Assembly: GCF_001194135.2 (NCBI RefSeq)
Contig: NC_068985.1
Coordinates: 84,325,058 to 84,389,057, forward strand
Length of the DNA stretch: 64,000 bases
Reading direction: 5' to 3'
Origin: Octopus bimaculoides
Lineage: Eukaryota
Numbering within the stretch: the first letter of the stretch is position 1; each line of letters opens with the position of its first letter. The notes beneath the pieces are model-generated. The model worked only from the letters and a program-made list of their open reading frames with translations, had not been told where the DNA came from and searched no databases. Below, one piece after another: positions 1-11,338 of this stretch. The translations under genes were made by a program, and so were the position numbers.

Positions 1-27
<27 letters not shown>

Positions 28-31
<4 letters not shown>

Positions 32-190
32 TGCTTCTTTCAGTTTCCATTTACTAAATCGACTTGCAAGGCTTTGGTTAGTCTGAGGTTATAGTAGAAG
101 ACACTTGCCTAAGGTGCCATGTAGTGGGACTGAACCCAGAACCATGTGATTTGGAAGCAAGCTTCTTACCACACAGCCACTTCTGCACCT
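28..190 (-). mobile_element. tRNA-derived SINE, family A (5' half)
   Basis: Reverse complement matches the heads of the copies at 24409 and 25717 (gtggctgtgtggtaagaagcttgc...ggttctgggttcagtcccac...agtgtcttctactata). The (TA)n at 1-27 is the internal microsatellite. Confidence 0.85.
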
Positions 191-2745
191 CTATAGAGAA
201 TTTTTAATAGAAAAAACCTGAAAATAAGCTACAGTTACACCACACATATAAAAGATATATCACATGTACATCTGCCAACACATAATATATGTAATGAGTA
301 TAGGCAGTGAAACACTAATAGTGACCTGGATAAGATTTGAACTCAGAATGTGCAGAACCATAACAGTTATCACAAGATATCCAATCCTATGCTTTGACTA
401 TTCTGTCAACCTGCAACCCTGAACTGGTACTGTATTTATCAACCCCTGCTTTGGGCCTTCAATTTATGATGGAGTTGTAAGGGTACCACTGTAACATTTT
501 ATAGCCTTATGGAGCCCATCCTCTCCAGGTCTGATCATGACTGATTTCTTTTGCTGAGAGTGGAAAGGTGAAGAAGTGTTCTTGGTACATGGCTGATACA
601 ATATCAACTCCAAAAGAATGAAAGGCAAGGTTAATTTAGGCAAGATTTGAAATGAGAATGCAGAGAACTAGAATGAATATTGCAAGGTATATTATCAATA
701 TTCTATCTATACAATGACCTCACACCTTGCTTCCCAGTACTCTATCGACTTAACCAACTACATCTTCTTCATTCTGATGTAACTATTCATTTTTTGCCAG
801 CTCTCCTTTCTTTGTTTCTCATAAACCAACATAGCACATCAAATATACCATACTCCAATAATTCCATTATAATCTACCAGAAATCCTCAGCATTCATCTG
901 TCACACCTCTGTTATCTGATACACCCTGTCATTATCTTTATTTTTCTCCCAGAGGAAGAAACACTTTGATGCCAACAATGATAAACATTCTCAGAAACTT
1001 TATTATTCCTTTGAAACCAAATCAGGTGCTATCACCAGATTTATCTTCAACACTAATTATTTCACTTTTACAGCTGATATTATCCCTAACATCCAAAGGA
1101 TAATCCATGCAATCCATTGACTTCAGATTGTAGCATTTGTTTGATCCATTGTCTCTGATGAGCCTAGAGTTACCCTCAGTTCACAAAATATTTTGCTTGT
1201 CATTGTGTGCATGCATTTTTATTTTATTTGCTGTGTCTGGAGGAATGAGTAGCACCGGTGGCCTTTGCAGTCCCTCCTAGATCTGTGACATTATTACCAT
1301 TAATGTTCCCTTTGAATCCTTGTAAGTCAATGCCCGTAAGAAAAATATGAGCAGGGAGGTAACTGTAGAGGGCTAATGTTCTGGAAAGGAAGGTCTGGAG
1401 TTAGCAATTAGTGCTAGACCTGGGAGTTGAACACTACAAGGGTGATGGAAGGAGGAGAGATGAGTGAAACTTAAGTACCTGGGTGGAGGTTGCATGAGCC
1501 CAGCCAACTCCAGTGATCATTATAAAAGTCAGAGAGAGGAGAAAACACACCTATTGGAGCATGTTTGAATAAAATTATATGTGTATCTTGTGTGTAAAAT
1601 GCACAACACTGGCTTCAGACTTGGGGATGCCCTAAACTCAATAAGGCTTGGAGGCTTCTTAGAAATTACCAAAAGCTCTTGCAAAAATGGAGAACATATA
1701 TGTTTAATTATTTTGAGACCCTTGTCGAGTGTAAGTTCCTAAGCTGTAGCTTGTCTAGCTTATGGCACTGGTAATTTATGAGTGTAGGCATGTCCGAGTC
1801 ATTAAGAAGTTTCCTTTGTAATTATTATGCCTCAGGTTCAATCCCACTACATGGTATCTTGTGCAAGTATATTCTAATTTTAGCCTTGGGTTGGCCCAAG
1901 ACTTTGAATGAAATTAAGTAGATAGAAATTATGTTGAAGTTTCACCAAATGGATTATACTTGTAATCTAAAAACAGCCATATCTGACACACACACATCGC
2001 ATCATGCTGATTCTGATTAGAAATTGCATTAAGGGTACACATGACAGTGAAATATTTAACTATTTGTGTGCTAATGCAACTGGAATATTCATTGTCGCAA
2101 CTGACAGGGTATCCATTTTTCTAAATTTCTATTCTCTATATTTGTATGTAACCTCAAGAAAATGAAGTTTGCCAGAATGATTAAGAAGTTTCTTTAATGA
2201 TTATGATGTTCTGGATTAAATCCTATAGCATGGCACCTTGAGGAAATGTCATTTTTCAAAGCTTAAGTCAATCAATACCTTCTGAATGAAATTGGGTAGA
2301 TGAAAAACAGAGAAAGCCATTGGGTGGATTGCACTAGTAATTTAAAAGGTTTGGGCTTGTCAGCCTCAATGTCATACTGATTTTGCCTCAGAATTACGAT
2401 AAGGGTACACATTTGTAGAAGGCTCAGCTACTTACATTTTAATTCAGGAGGAGATAATTCAGTTGATTGAACAACTGAGTCCTTATCATCAGACAAAGGT
2501 GATCCATGACCAGACCATATATTCTGTTTAGCCCCAGGTCATTCCTGATTGAGCTGACTTATGATCAAAGACATTCCAGCTGTGACCATTCAGCCTTATT
2601 TTCAAAAATATTCTGTCCAGTGCATTACTTTTTCTTTTTTGAAGATGATAAGGTGCAATTTTAGTTGGATTTGGTTATTATTTCGAGCACACAAAGCAAC
2701 TACTTGAAGACTTCTTTACTTTCTCACAATTTTTCATATTAATTA

Positions 2746-2946
2746 AGACGGCAAACTGGTAGAAATGTTAGCACGCCAGGTGAAATGCTTAGTGGTATTT
2801 CATCTGTCTTTACATTCAGAGTTCAAATTCCACCAAGATCGACTTTGCTTCATTCTTTCAGGGTCAATATATTGCGTACAGAGGTCTGTCTAATTGACTA
2901 GCCCCCTCCCCAAAAATTTCGGGCCTTGTGCCTAGAGTAGAAAAGA
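2746..2946 (+). mobile_element. tRNA-derived SINE, family B
   Basis: ggcaaactggtagaaatgttagcac...tcagagttcaaattcc...ggccttgtgcctagagtagaaaag; the same body recurs more than 15 times in the window. Confidence 0.85.
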
Positions 2947-3289
2947 AAAGAAATATTTCATATTAATTATAATTAGGGGAGATCAAAACTAAGATTCCCA
3001 AATAAGTAAATGGATCTCATCTTCCAGCAATGTGCATTTCAGCTGTTCAATCACCTGACCTGCTTACTCATTGTATTAGCATGTAAATGGCTGAGTGCTC
3101 CAACAGACACTTGCACCCTTTATGTAAACTTCACCAGAGGTTTAGAATTAGATGCTGCACAGTGATACTAAAACCAAAACCATGTGGCTTTGAGAAAAGA
3201 TTCTTAGCCATTCAGTCTTTTCTGCATCCATATACACATTCACACACACACACACACACAATATTGAAAATCCCTTCCTTCTCACCCTT

Positions 3290-3585
3290 TTAAAGCCTAG
3301 CCAGGTTCATGGGCCTGGTTTCCAGGTTTCTATAGCATATGTGTTCCCCCCAGCTGGAAGGGACGCCAGTCTATTGCAGCATTACTCAAGAAGCAGGAAG
3401 AAAGAGTGAGAGAAAGTTGGGGTGAAAGAATACAACAGGGGTCACCCCCCCCCCCCTGCTGGAGCCTTGTGGAGGTTTAGGCGTTTTCACTCAATAAATA
3501 CATACAATGCCCGGTCTGGGAATCGAAACCATGATCCTCCGGCCGCGAGTCTGCTGCCCTAACCACTGGGCCATTGTGCCTCCAC
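3290..3585 (-). mobile_element. tRNA-derived SINE, family D, well-preserved head
   Basis: Minus strand starts gtggaggcacaaTGGCCCAGTGGttagggcagcagactcgcggccggaggatcatGGTTTCGATTCCcagacc, giving A-box and B-box-like motifs. Confidence 0.8.
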
Positions 3586-3856
3586 ATATTGAAAATCACT
3601 CAACAACAAACAGGTATGGTTGTGTGGTTAAGAAGATAAACTCCTTGAAGGGTTTTGTCAAGCAAATCTAAGACTGTTCCAGAATGGCTGTGGTCCAGTG
3701 AATGGAACATGTAAAAGATAAAAGATATGTTGGAGCACACACATTTTTATGCCATCAACTGCTTTTTATTGCAAATAGTTTGAAAATGAAGTAAAACTAG
3801 CAGTGTTTTCAACCCTTTAGCATTTAAACCAGCTATATCCGGCTCAGATATTCTAC

Positions 3857-3901
3857 CTGTTTTTTGTAGAAGCTGATCAAGTCCAGCCTCTCAAACTTAC
3901 C
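3857..3901 (-). CDS. Candidate 45-nt exon (GKFERLDLISFYKKQ), unassigned
   Basis: Acceptor tttatttttcattaacattacag, open phase-0 frame, weak donor CAG|gtagaa. Read-through gives VEYLSRI* with an AATAAA downstream. Confidence 0.2.
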
Positions 3902-4182
3902 CTGTAATGTTAATGAAAAATAAACAATCACATCATTAGAAATCTCAAAAACTACAAGATAATACATGATAAAGTATTTTTTTAAGTGAATAAATAAACA
4001 AATCATTTGACGGAGTAATCTGGATGCTAAATAGTTAAGAAATGTATAAAATAACATGGAGATATAGTTAAGAATTGTCTGAAAGTCGACAAAACGTTAT
4101 TGTTTTAAATTTATTGATGTAACATTTTGCTCTTTTGTTCTTACTGTTTTTTTTCTTATGTATTTTTTCTCTTTCTTTTTAG

Positions 4183-4259
4183 GTAAGTTTGTTGTTCATT
4201 CATTAAGAAACAATTTCTTAGTAAGAATATCTGAATATGATGATTGGAGACATGATAAG
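4183..4259 (+). CDS. Candidate 77-nt internal exon (xKFVVHSLRNNFLVRISEYDDWRHDK), unassigned
   Basis: About 55-nt pyrimidine-rich tract ending tttttAG (4181-4182), one open frame, donor AAG|gtgaga at 4260. An in-frame alternative donor TTA|gtaaga lies at 4221. Confidence 0.5.
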
Positions 4260-4333
4260 GTGAGAGGTACAAAATGAATATCTTTTTATTTTTTCTTGCC
4301 TTCCAGGAGAATCATTTGTTGCAGCAACTTTAC

Positions 4334-4377
<44 letters not shown>

Positions 4378-4381
<4 letters not shown>

Positions 4382-4830
4382 GTTTTGTAACTCTTATTTC
4401 TAGCAATGTAGGTGCTACCCTGCATAATCAGTCACAATTAGGGGCAATTGAATTTTTCCTTTTTAGTTTTATATTGCACATAGCCACCTTCATTAGTTTA
4501 TAATTTTCACATTAGCATTTTGTTAAATCAGCCATAGATATATATGGTAAATACTATTATATATACTGACAGTCAGGATTTAGCCAAACCATCCAGTGAT
4601 GGAGTAGTCATAACCAATGAGCTATACTTTTATGTGAAACTAGACAAGTACAGTGATTTCACCCACTGTGGGGGTGGTTATCTCCCCTGTCAGTGCATAG
4701 ACATGTGCTTGTTTGCAGTTTTAAGGGTTTTTAATTCTTATTTCTTGCAATGTAGGTGCTATCGCAATTAGTGACAACTGAATTTTTCCTTTTTGGTTTT
4801 ATACTGAGTGTAACTGCCTTCGTTATTTGA
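4378..4830 (+). repeat. Two diverged ~110-120-bp direct repeats (4378-4500, 4723-4830) of an unclassified interspersed family
   Basis: Shared agggttt..taa(c/t)tcttatttct.gcaatgtaggtgcta...gaatttttcctttt. The same motif forms a hairpin arm at 44601-44633. Confidence 0.7.
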
Positions 4831-5229
4831 TATGTATATGTATATATANNNNNNNNNNNNNNNNNNNNNNNNNNNNNNNNNNNNNNNNNNNNNNNNNNNN
4901 NNNNNNNNNNNNNNNNNNNNNNNNNNNNNNNNNNNNNNNNNNNNNNNNNNNNNNNNNNNNNNNNNNNNNNNNNNNNNNNNNNNNNNNNNNNNNNNNNNNN
5001 NNNNNNNNNNNNNNNNNNNNNNNNNNNNNNNNNNNNNNNNNNNNNNNNNNNNNNNNNNNNNNNNNNNNNNNNNNNNNNNNNNNNNNNNNNNNNNNNNNNN
5101 NNNNNNNNNNNNNNNNNNNNNNNNNNNNNNNNNNNNNNNNNNNNNNNNNNNNNNNNNNNNNNNNNNNNNNNNNNNNNNNNNNNNNNNNNNNNNNNNNNNN
5201 NNNTGTGTGTGTGTGTCTTCAGCAAAGTA

Positions 5230-5430
5230 ACTACACATGTGCTTTTGGGGATTTCTTTTCCTTATTTGGACTTTTCCTTTTCTCCTTTCTGATGAAGAGC
5301 TATGTTTGAAACATCAAAAACTCTCCCTTTTTACTGAGCATCAGACTAATACACACCTTGTGCACGTCCTCCTATTGTTTATTATTATTAATTTTAATGT
5401 TCATTTATTTGAATTGACTATATATAGATG
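5230..5430 (+). mobile_element. Penelope-like terminal-repeat remnant with decayed minimal hammerhead motif
   Basis: tttCTGATGAagagctatgtttGAAACatcaaaa at 5286-5318, the CTGANGA...GAAAC signature typical of PLE ends. Confidence 0.55.
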
Positions 5431-5558
5431 TGGGTGTGCGTGTGCTTGCACATGGTCTCAGTTTGTTTCAAACCACTCCAGAACCAAAACCAAGCTAATC
5501 AAACTGATTTAATTTGTTTTATTCATACTTCCCAACCTTGTTGCTGCCTTATATATAT

Positions 5559-5629
<71 letters not shown>

Positions 5630-5764
5630 CATACAATTGCATTAAACTTCATTCAGGCTTGTATCCTGCCTTACTAATCTCACTGAATTAATTCTCCTTT
5701 TCTCTATCAATGTTTGTCTGAAGTTTTCAATTCTCTCCGGTCTCTGTGATATTATGAATGTCCC

Positions 5765-6310
5765 AGAGACATTCTTGAAGTTGTAGATAATTTCTGCTAC
5801 CTAGGTGACCTAATTTGCAGTGGAGGAGGATGTATCAAAAGTGTAATTTCTGGAATAAGAATAGGATTGAGTAAGTTCAGAGAGCTTTTACCTCCCTTGG
5901 CAACAAATGATCCCTCTCTCTCTCTCTCTGTGAAAGGAAGATTGTATGATGTATGTGTACAGATTGCAATGCTGCATGGTAGTGAGACCTGGGCCCCAAA
6001 TGCAGAGGACATGTGAAGACTAGAAAGGAACAAAGCTTGTTGTAACAGAGCACTAGTGTATTGAGAGAAAAGTTAGGCATAAAAGGAATTAGGTGCAGTG
6101 TGCAAGAGAGTGGTTTGGTCATGTAATGTGCTTGGATGAAGACAGATGCATGAAGAAGTGTCAATCACTTAAAATGGATGGAAGTTGTAGAAGAGAGATG
6201 CCAAGAAAGAAACGGGACAAAGTATTGAAGTTTGATCTCAAAATGCTGAGCCTTATGAAGGAGATGATGGAGGATCAAGGTATATGGTGCATTGCTATAC
6301 CACAACAGAA
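5765..6310 (+). mobile_element. RTE-clade LINE 3' ORF remnant
   Basis: Translates ILEVVDNFCYLGDLI...MLHGSETWAPNAEDM*RLERN...WFGHVMCLDEDRCMKKCQSL; contains stops and frameshifts. Confidence 0.85.
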
Positions 6311-6406
6311 CAGAAGCGATATCTTGAAACTGCTTTTGTAATGCTTGCCCATGGTGCTTGGAATTGAACTCGGAATCTTGAGGTTAGTAGCTATTAGTGT
6401 CTTGAA

Positions 6407-6461
<55 letters not shown>

Positions 6462-6479
6462 CATCAGCAAAAAAAAAAG

Positions 6480-6615
6480 TAGGCACGAGAATCCAGGGTT
6501 GGGTTCAAAATTCCACCAGGACACCCGATGAAGGCTGGAGAGTAAATTAGCTGAAACATTGTGGTAACAACGAACAAGATGAAGACTCATATCCATCCAA
6601 TTTAAATGATGAAAA
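6480..6615 (+). mobile_element. Penelope-like terminal-repeat remnant with mutated minimal hammerhead motif
   Basis: acacCCGATGAaggctg...tagctGAAACattgtg at 6521-6563; stem I CAC/GTG, stem II GGCTG/TAGCT. Confidence 0.5.
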
Positions 6616-6865
6616 TAATTAGCAGTATTATAGTCAACTGTTACAAGAGTAAAGGAAAAGCCTGAGATAGAATTACAGAGTAATTACCAAATTGCTGGAC
6701 CAGGTTACAAAAGTTAGAGAGAGCCCAACTGATTAAGATGAGAATTAGTCTGGATGCGGACGCAAATTGGTTTTGTGTTGGGGGATATTGTTTCTTTTGT
6801 CTTCTGGTCTTGTATGTTACTTAGTGGCCTTATTAGTGTCAGTGTCGTTAAATATGTACTCAAAT

Positions 6866-7078
6866 GTGGCGAGCTGGTAGAATCGTTAGCACACCAGGCA
6901 AAATGCTGAGCAGTGTTTCGTCTGCCACTACATTCTGAGTTCAAATTCTGCCAAGGTCGACTTTGCCTTTCATCTTTTTGGGATCGATAAATTAAGTACC
7001 AGTCAAGTACTGGGGTCGATGTAAACGACTATGCCCTCACCACAAATTCCAGGTCTTGTGCCTATAGTAGAAAGGATT
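6866..7078 (+). mobile_element. SINE family B copy
   Basis: ggcgagctggtagaatcgttagcac...tctgagttcaaattctgccaaggtcgactttg...ggtcttgtgcctatagtagaaagg. Confidence 0.9.
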
Positions 7079-7084
7079 AAATAC

Positions 7085-7235
7085 GCACTCAGTACACAGT
7101 GTAAGGGCATCCAGCCATAAAAACCATACCAAAGCTGACACTGGAATTTGTTGCAGTCCTGTAGCTCATCATATCTTGTTAAACCAGCCAACCCATGCCA
7201 GTATAGGAAATGGATGTTAAATGATGATAATGGTG
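7085..7235 (+). mobile_element. RTE-tail/SINE family E fragment
   Basis: aagggcatccagccataaaaacc...cccatgccagtataggaaatggatgttaaatgatgat matches the tail at 13840-13985. Confidence 0.75.
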
Positions 7236-8123
7236 ATGATATCTATCTATACATGCATACGCGTGCGCACACACACACACAAAAGCATATATATAATTAT
7301 GTGTGTGTGTGTGTGTGTGTGTAGCTATGTATGCAAGCATTTACTTGCATTGCNNNNNNNNNNNNNNNNNNNNNNNNNNNNNNNNNNNNNNNNNNNNNNN
7401 NNNNNNNNNNNNNNNNNNNNNNNNNNNNNNNNNNNNNNNNNNNNNNNNNNNNNNNNNNNNNNNNNNNNNNNNNNNNNNNNNNNNNNNNAGTATAGGAAAT
7501 GGATGTTAAATGATGATAATGGTGATGATATCTATCTATAGATGCATACGCGTGCGCACACACACACACAAAAGCATATATATAATTATGTGTGTGTGTG
7601 TGTGTGTGTGTAGCTATGTATGCAAGCATTTACTTGCATTGCAGTACTACTGCCATTTCTTCCTACACAGGTTGTTTGTTTTCCCTATGCAAAGAAGTTT
7701 CACCATTCTACTTGGTACCTCTTATTAAGAAAAAATACCCACTCTGCTTCAGATACAAACACAGACACACACATCCTCCCACTCTCTCTCACTCACACAC
7801 ACACACTCTTTCTCTTTATTTCTTGCTTTCTCTCATACTCACACCCTATAAGTGTGCAAATCAATAGGAAAGGTAAATATAAATGAAGATAAAAAAAACA
7901 TTAATTTCCTCTATTATCATAACAAAGAAAATGGTAAAAAAAAGTTCCTCATTCAGTTTCTTCAAATTATGTATTTGTTTACTTATTATATTTATTACCA
8001 TATTTATTTACATCTATTTTTTTAACTAAAATATTTTGTTTCATATATATTATTTTTCTTGGACATAAAAAATTTAAACATAAAACACAACATTAGAATC
8101 ATGTATATATTATATATACATAC

Positions 8124-8158
<35 letters not shown>

Positions 8159-8501
8159 NNNNNNNNNNNNNNNNNNNNNNNNNNNNNNNNNNNNNNNNNN
8201 NNNNNNNNNNNNNNNNNNNNNNNNNNNNNNNNNNNNNNNNNNNNNNNNNNNNNNNNNNNNNNNNNNNNNNNNNNNNNNNNNNNNNNNNNNNNNNNNNNNN
8301 NNNNNNNNNNNNNNNNNNNNNNNNNNNNNNNNNNNNNNNNNNNNNNNNNNNNNNNNNNNNNNNNNNNNNNNNNNNNNNNNNNNNNNNNNNNNNNNNNNNN
8401 NNNNNNNNNNNNNNNNNNNNNNNNNNNNNNNNNNNNNNNNNNNNNNNNNNNNNNNNNNNNNNNNNNNNNNNNNNNNNNNNNNNNNNNNNNNNNNNNNNNN
8501 N

Positions 8502-8558
<57 letters not shown>

Positions 8559-9084
8559 TGTGTGTTTATAGACATATATGTATATGAATGTATAAGGAGA
8601 ATATATGTGTATTTGAGTCTGTGCATACATACAGTGGCATTCATGCACGCCATGTGCATATATTTGTATGTGAGCCTGTGTATGTATGTTTATGCGTACA
8701 GAGTCTATCATTAAGTCGTTATAAGATAAAATTGTAAAATAATGATCGAGTTGAATTGTACTAGGCCAACCAAATTTAGATCAACTTAATAATTCTATGG
8801 AAGTATATATGCCTACATCTTTTATATTTTAAAAAGCTCGAATCAATTACACTGCAGCATATATGTGTGCTTATAAAGGTGGTACATCAGCACGACCAAA
8901 GCTTGTGGGATGAAACAAGTAAAAGATTATCATCATCCTTATCAGCAGCAGCAACAACATTTAATATCTGTTCTCCATGCTAGCATGAGTTGGATGCATC
9001 ACTAGTGCTTTTAATGTGGCACCAGCACCCACACCAATGCTTTTTACATGACACTTTAGTTTTAGGAGCTCAGTTCTGTTGTGG

Positions 9085-9230
9085 TGGGCAAGTCTTCTTG
9101 AGTACAGCAATGTACCACATATCTCGGTCCTCTGTCATCTCCTTTGTAAGGTTCAGCATTTTGAGATCAGCCTTCAATAATTTGTCCCTATATCATCCTG
9201 GGTCTCCGTTTTCCACAACTTCCCTTTACT
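9085..9230 (-). mobile_element. RTE LINE extreme 3' ORF fragment
   Basis: Reverse complement resembles the 3' ends at 6180-6310 and 13430-13560 (ADLKMLNLTKEMTEDRD). Confidence 0.7.
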
Positions 9231-9309
9231 ATGTGAGTGCATGTGTTTGTGTGTGTGTATATGTGTGTGTGTGTGTGCATCTGTATGTATGTGAGACTGT
9301 TGGATGCCC

Positions 9310-9845
9310 TTATATATGCTGTTTACAATGCATTTCTTTCCCACTCTTAATTGTGCCTGTCTCTCCCATTTGGACCCAAATATTTTGGCTATGTCATTTT
9401 CCTATCATCTTGAATGTCTTCCAAGTGGGCCCTTGTAATCATTTGGGAACTACTCAACAACTTTATGGTTGGCTCTGTAATCTATTAACTTTAAGACATG
9501 TTTGACCCTAAGGAACTTCCAGTTTCCACATTCCGCAATCACGTTTTTCACTCCAGTCCATTCTCAAATTAGCCCCATTTCATCTCACTTGCATATAAGA
9601 GCACATGTAGAGTGGTTCTATTAAAGCTATTCAAGAGATTGGCATGCAGGATCTTTTCCAGCTGTGCTTTGATGACATCTTTAATCAAGACAAACAACCC
9701 CTTCTCCACTACTATTAATTTACATAAGATTTCAGTATTCTCATCTTGGCATAATTTTACTGTCTGTTCCAAACAGTCATTCTTCACCTTTTCAATTTCA
9801 TCACTTTCCACTACTATCTCATTCAATGTGCTATTAATTGTGTGC
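9310..9845 (-). mobile_element. RTE-like LINE RT C-terminal remnant (second subfamily)
   Basis: ORF 9569-9826 ...IKDVIKAQLEKILHANLLNSFNRTTLHVLLYASEM resembles the RTE LLYxSETW region. Confidence 0.65.
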
Positions 9846-10135
9846 TTCTAATTAATAATTTCTAGCTTGAGAAAGTTTTGCACACATCAGCCAATGTACA
9901 ATTTGCTGTTATGATATAAGAGTGACCAGCTTTTGAACAATGGTTTGGTATCTGAAGCTGAAGATGTGTAATGACATGGAAATACAGATGCACACTACTG
10001 TTGAATGACATCTTTCATAGCTCAGTGGTGTGTTTTTCACACATATTGTCTATTGGGAGATTTCTTCTCATGAGACATTTTCTGCAATCTATCTTTCTCC
10101 CGACCAAGTTTGCATGAAAATGTTAAATATGATTG

Positions 10136-10460
10136 TAACTGGCACTGTCGAATATGATAATGAAAGTTCCAGTTGATCTGATCAACAGAACAGCCTGCTT
10201 GGGAAATTAATATGAAAGTGGCTGAGCACTATGTACCCATAATGTAGTTCTCAGCGAGATTCAACATAACACAGAATGTGACAAGGCTGGTCCCTTTGAA
10301 TTACAGTTACAACTCATTTTTGCCAGCTGAGTGAACTGGAGCAATGTGAAATAAAGTGTCTTGCTCAAGGACACAACACACAGCCTGGTTCAGAAATTGA
10401 AATCACAACCTCACAATTGTAAGCACAACTCTGTAACCACTTAGCATTGTGCCTTCATAT
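10136..10460 (-). mobile_element. tRNA-derived SINE, family C
   Basis: Reverse complement has gtgtccttgagcaagacactttatttcacattgctccagttcactcagctggcaaaaatgag. Related copies lie at 29690-29942 (-), 42650-42915 (+) and 62240-62560 (+). Confidence 0.85.
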
Positions 10461-10479
10461 ATCATCATCATCATCCTCA

Positions 10480-10625
10480 TCATCATCATTGTTTAACATC
10501 TGCTTTCCATGCTAGCATGGGTTGGACAGTTTGACTGAGGACTGGCAAGCCAGTGGCCTGCACTAGGCTCCAATCTGATCTGGCAAGGTTTCTACAGCTG
10601 GATGCCCTTCCTAACGCCAACCATT
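10480..10625 (-). mobile_element. SINE family E / RTE tail
   Basis: catcatcattgtttaacatctgctttccatgctagcatgggttggac...ggatgcccttcctaacgccaacc; another copy at 49352-49575. Confidence 0.85.
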
Positions 10626-11306
10626 ATATCTATCTATATATATATTGTCATCATCATCATTCTCAACTAATGTCCATTTTCCATGGGAGCAGGGATTGAA
10701 CAGTTAAATACAACCTAATAAGTCAGAAAACAGCATTGTGCTCCAGTGAATGCTTTGGTATGGTTTCTATATCTCAGTTTCCTTCCTAATACCAAGTACT
10801 ATAGAGGGTGAGCTGGGTGTTTGTTTGCTTTTATTTTCCATGACACCTTGTGCAAGTATCTTCTACTTGAGTGCCAGGCTTGCCAAAGCTTTGCGAGGAG
10901 ATTCCATAGACATAAGCTGAAAGATGCCTGCTGTGTGTGAGTGTGTATTTATATGCATTTATTATATAATCTCCAAAGTTTGAGAATTTTGGCACATGAA
11001 AAAAAGAATTGTGGAAAAGAAAAGCTAAAAGTTTATGAGAATATAATACAGAGCATAAATACTTATGTGAAAGTAAAATAATCAAGTAATACAAATTGTT
11101 AAAGAAGACTAATAAATAGCTAAGTTTGTGCTTATATATATATCCATCTGCATGAATGGATGTTGGCTTCTAACAGATTCAAAGGGAATTAAGACTGTAT
11201 CGATACAATAAATACCATCTCTGGGAGAGAGAATGCAGAAAATTGCAAAGTATCATATCATGTATGTATTATGTACTTCCATGTAATACACACACACACA
11301 TATATG

Positions 11307-11338
<32 letters not shown>

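Noticed and set aside
720-1130. Possible Penelope RT remnant (IFNTNYFTF...)
   Set aside because: Only one short motif resembles PLE RT, and it needs an assumed frameshift.
4183-4259. SH2-like FLVRxSE motif in the exon candidate
   Set aside because: Flanking residues do not fit the SH2 pattern; insufficient for a product call.
7201-7642. ~150-bp direct repeat on both sides of a gap (7201-7353 and 7490-7642)
   Set aside because: Near-identical contig ends flanking Ns are typical of an unmerged overlap; probably an assembly artefact.
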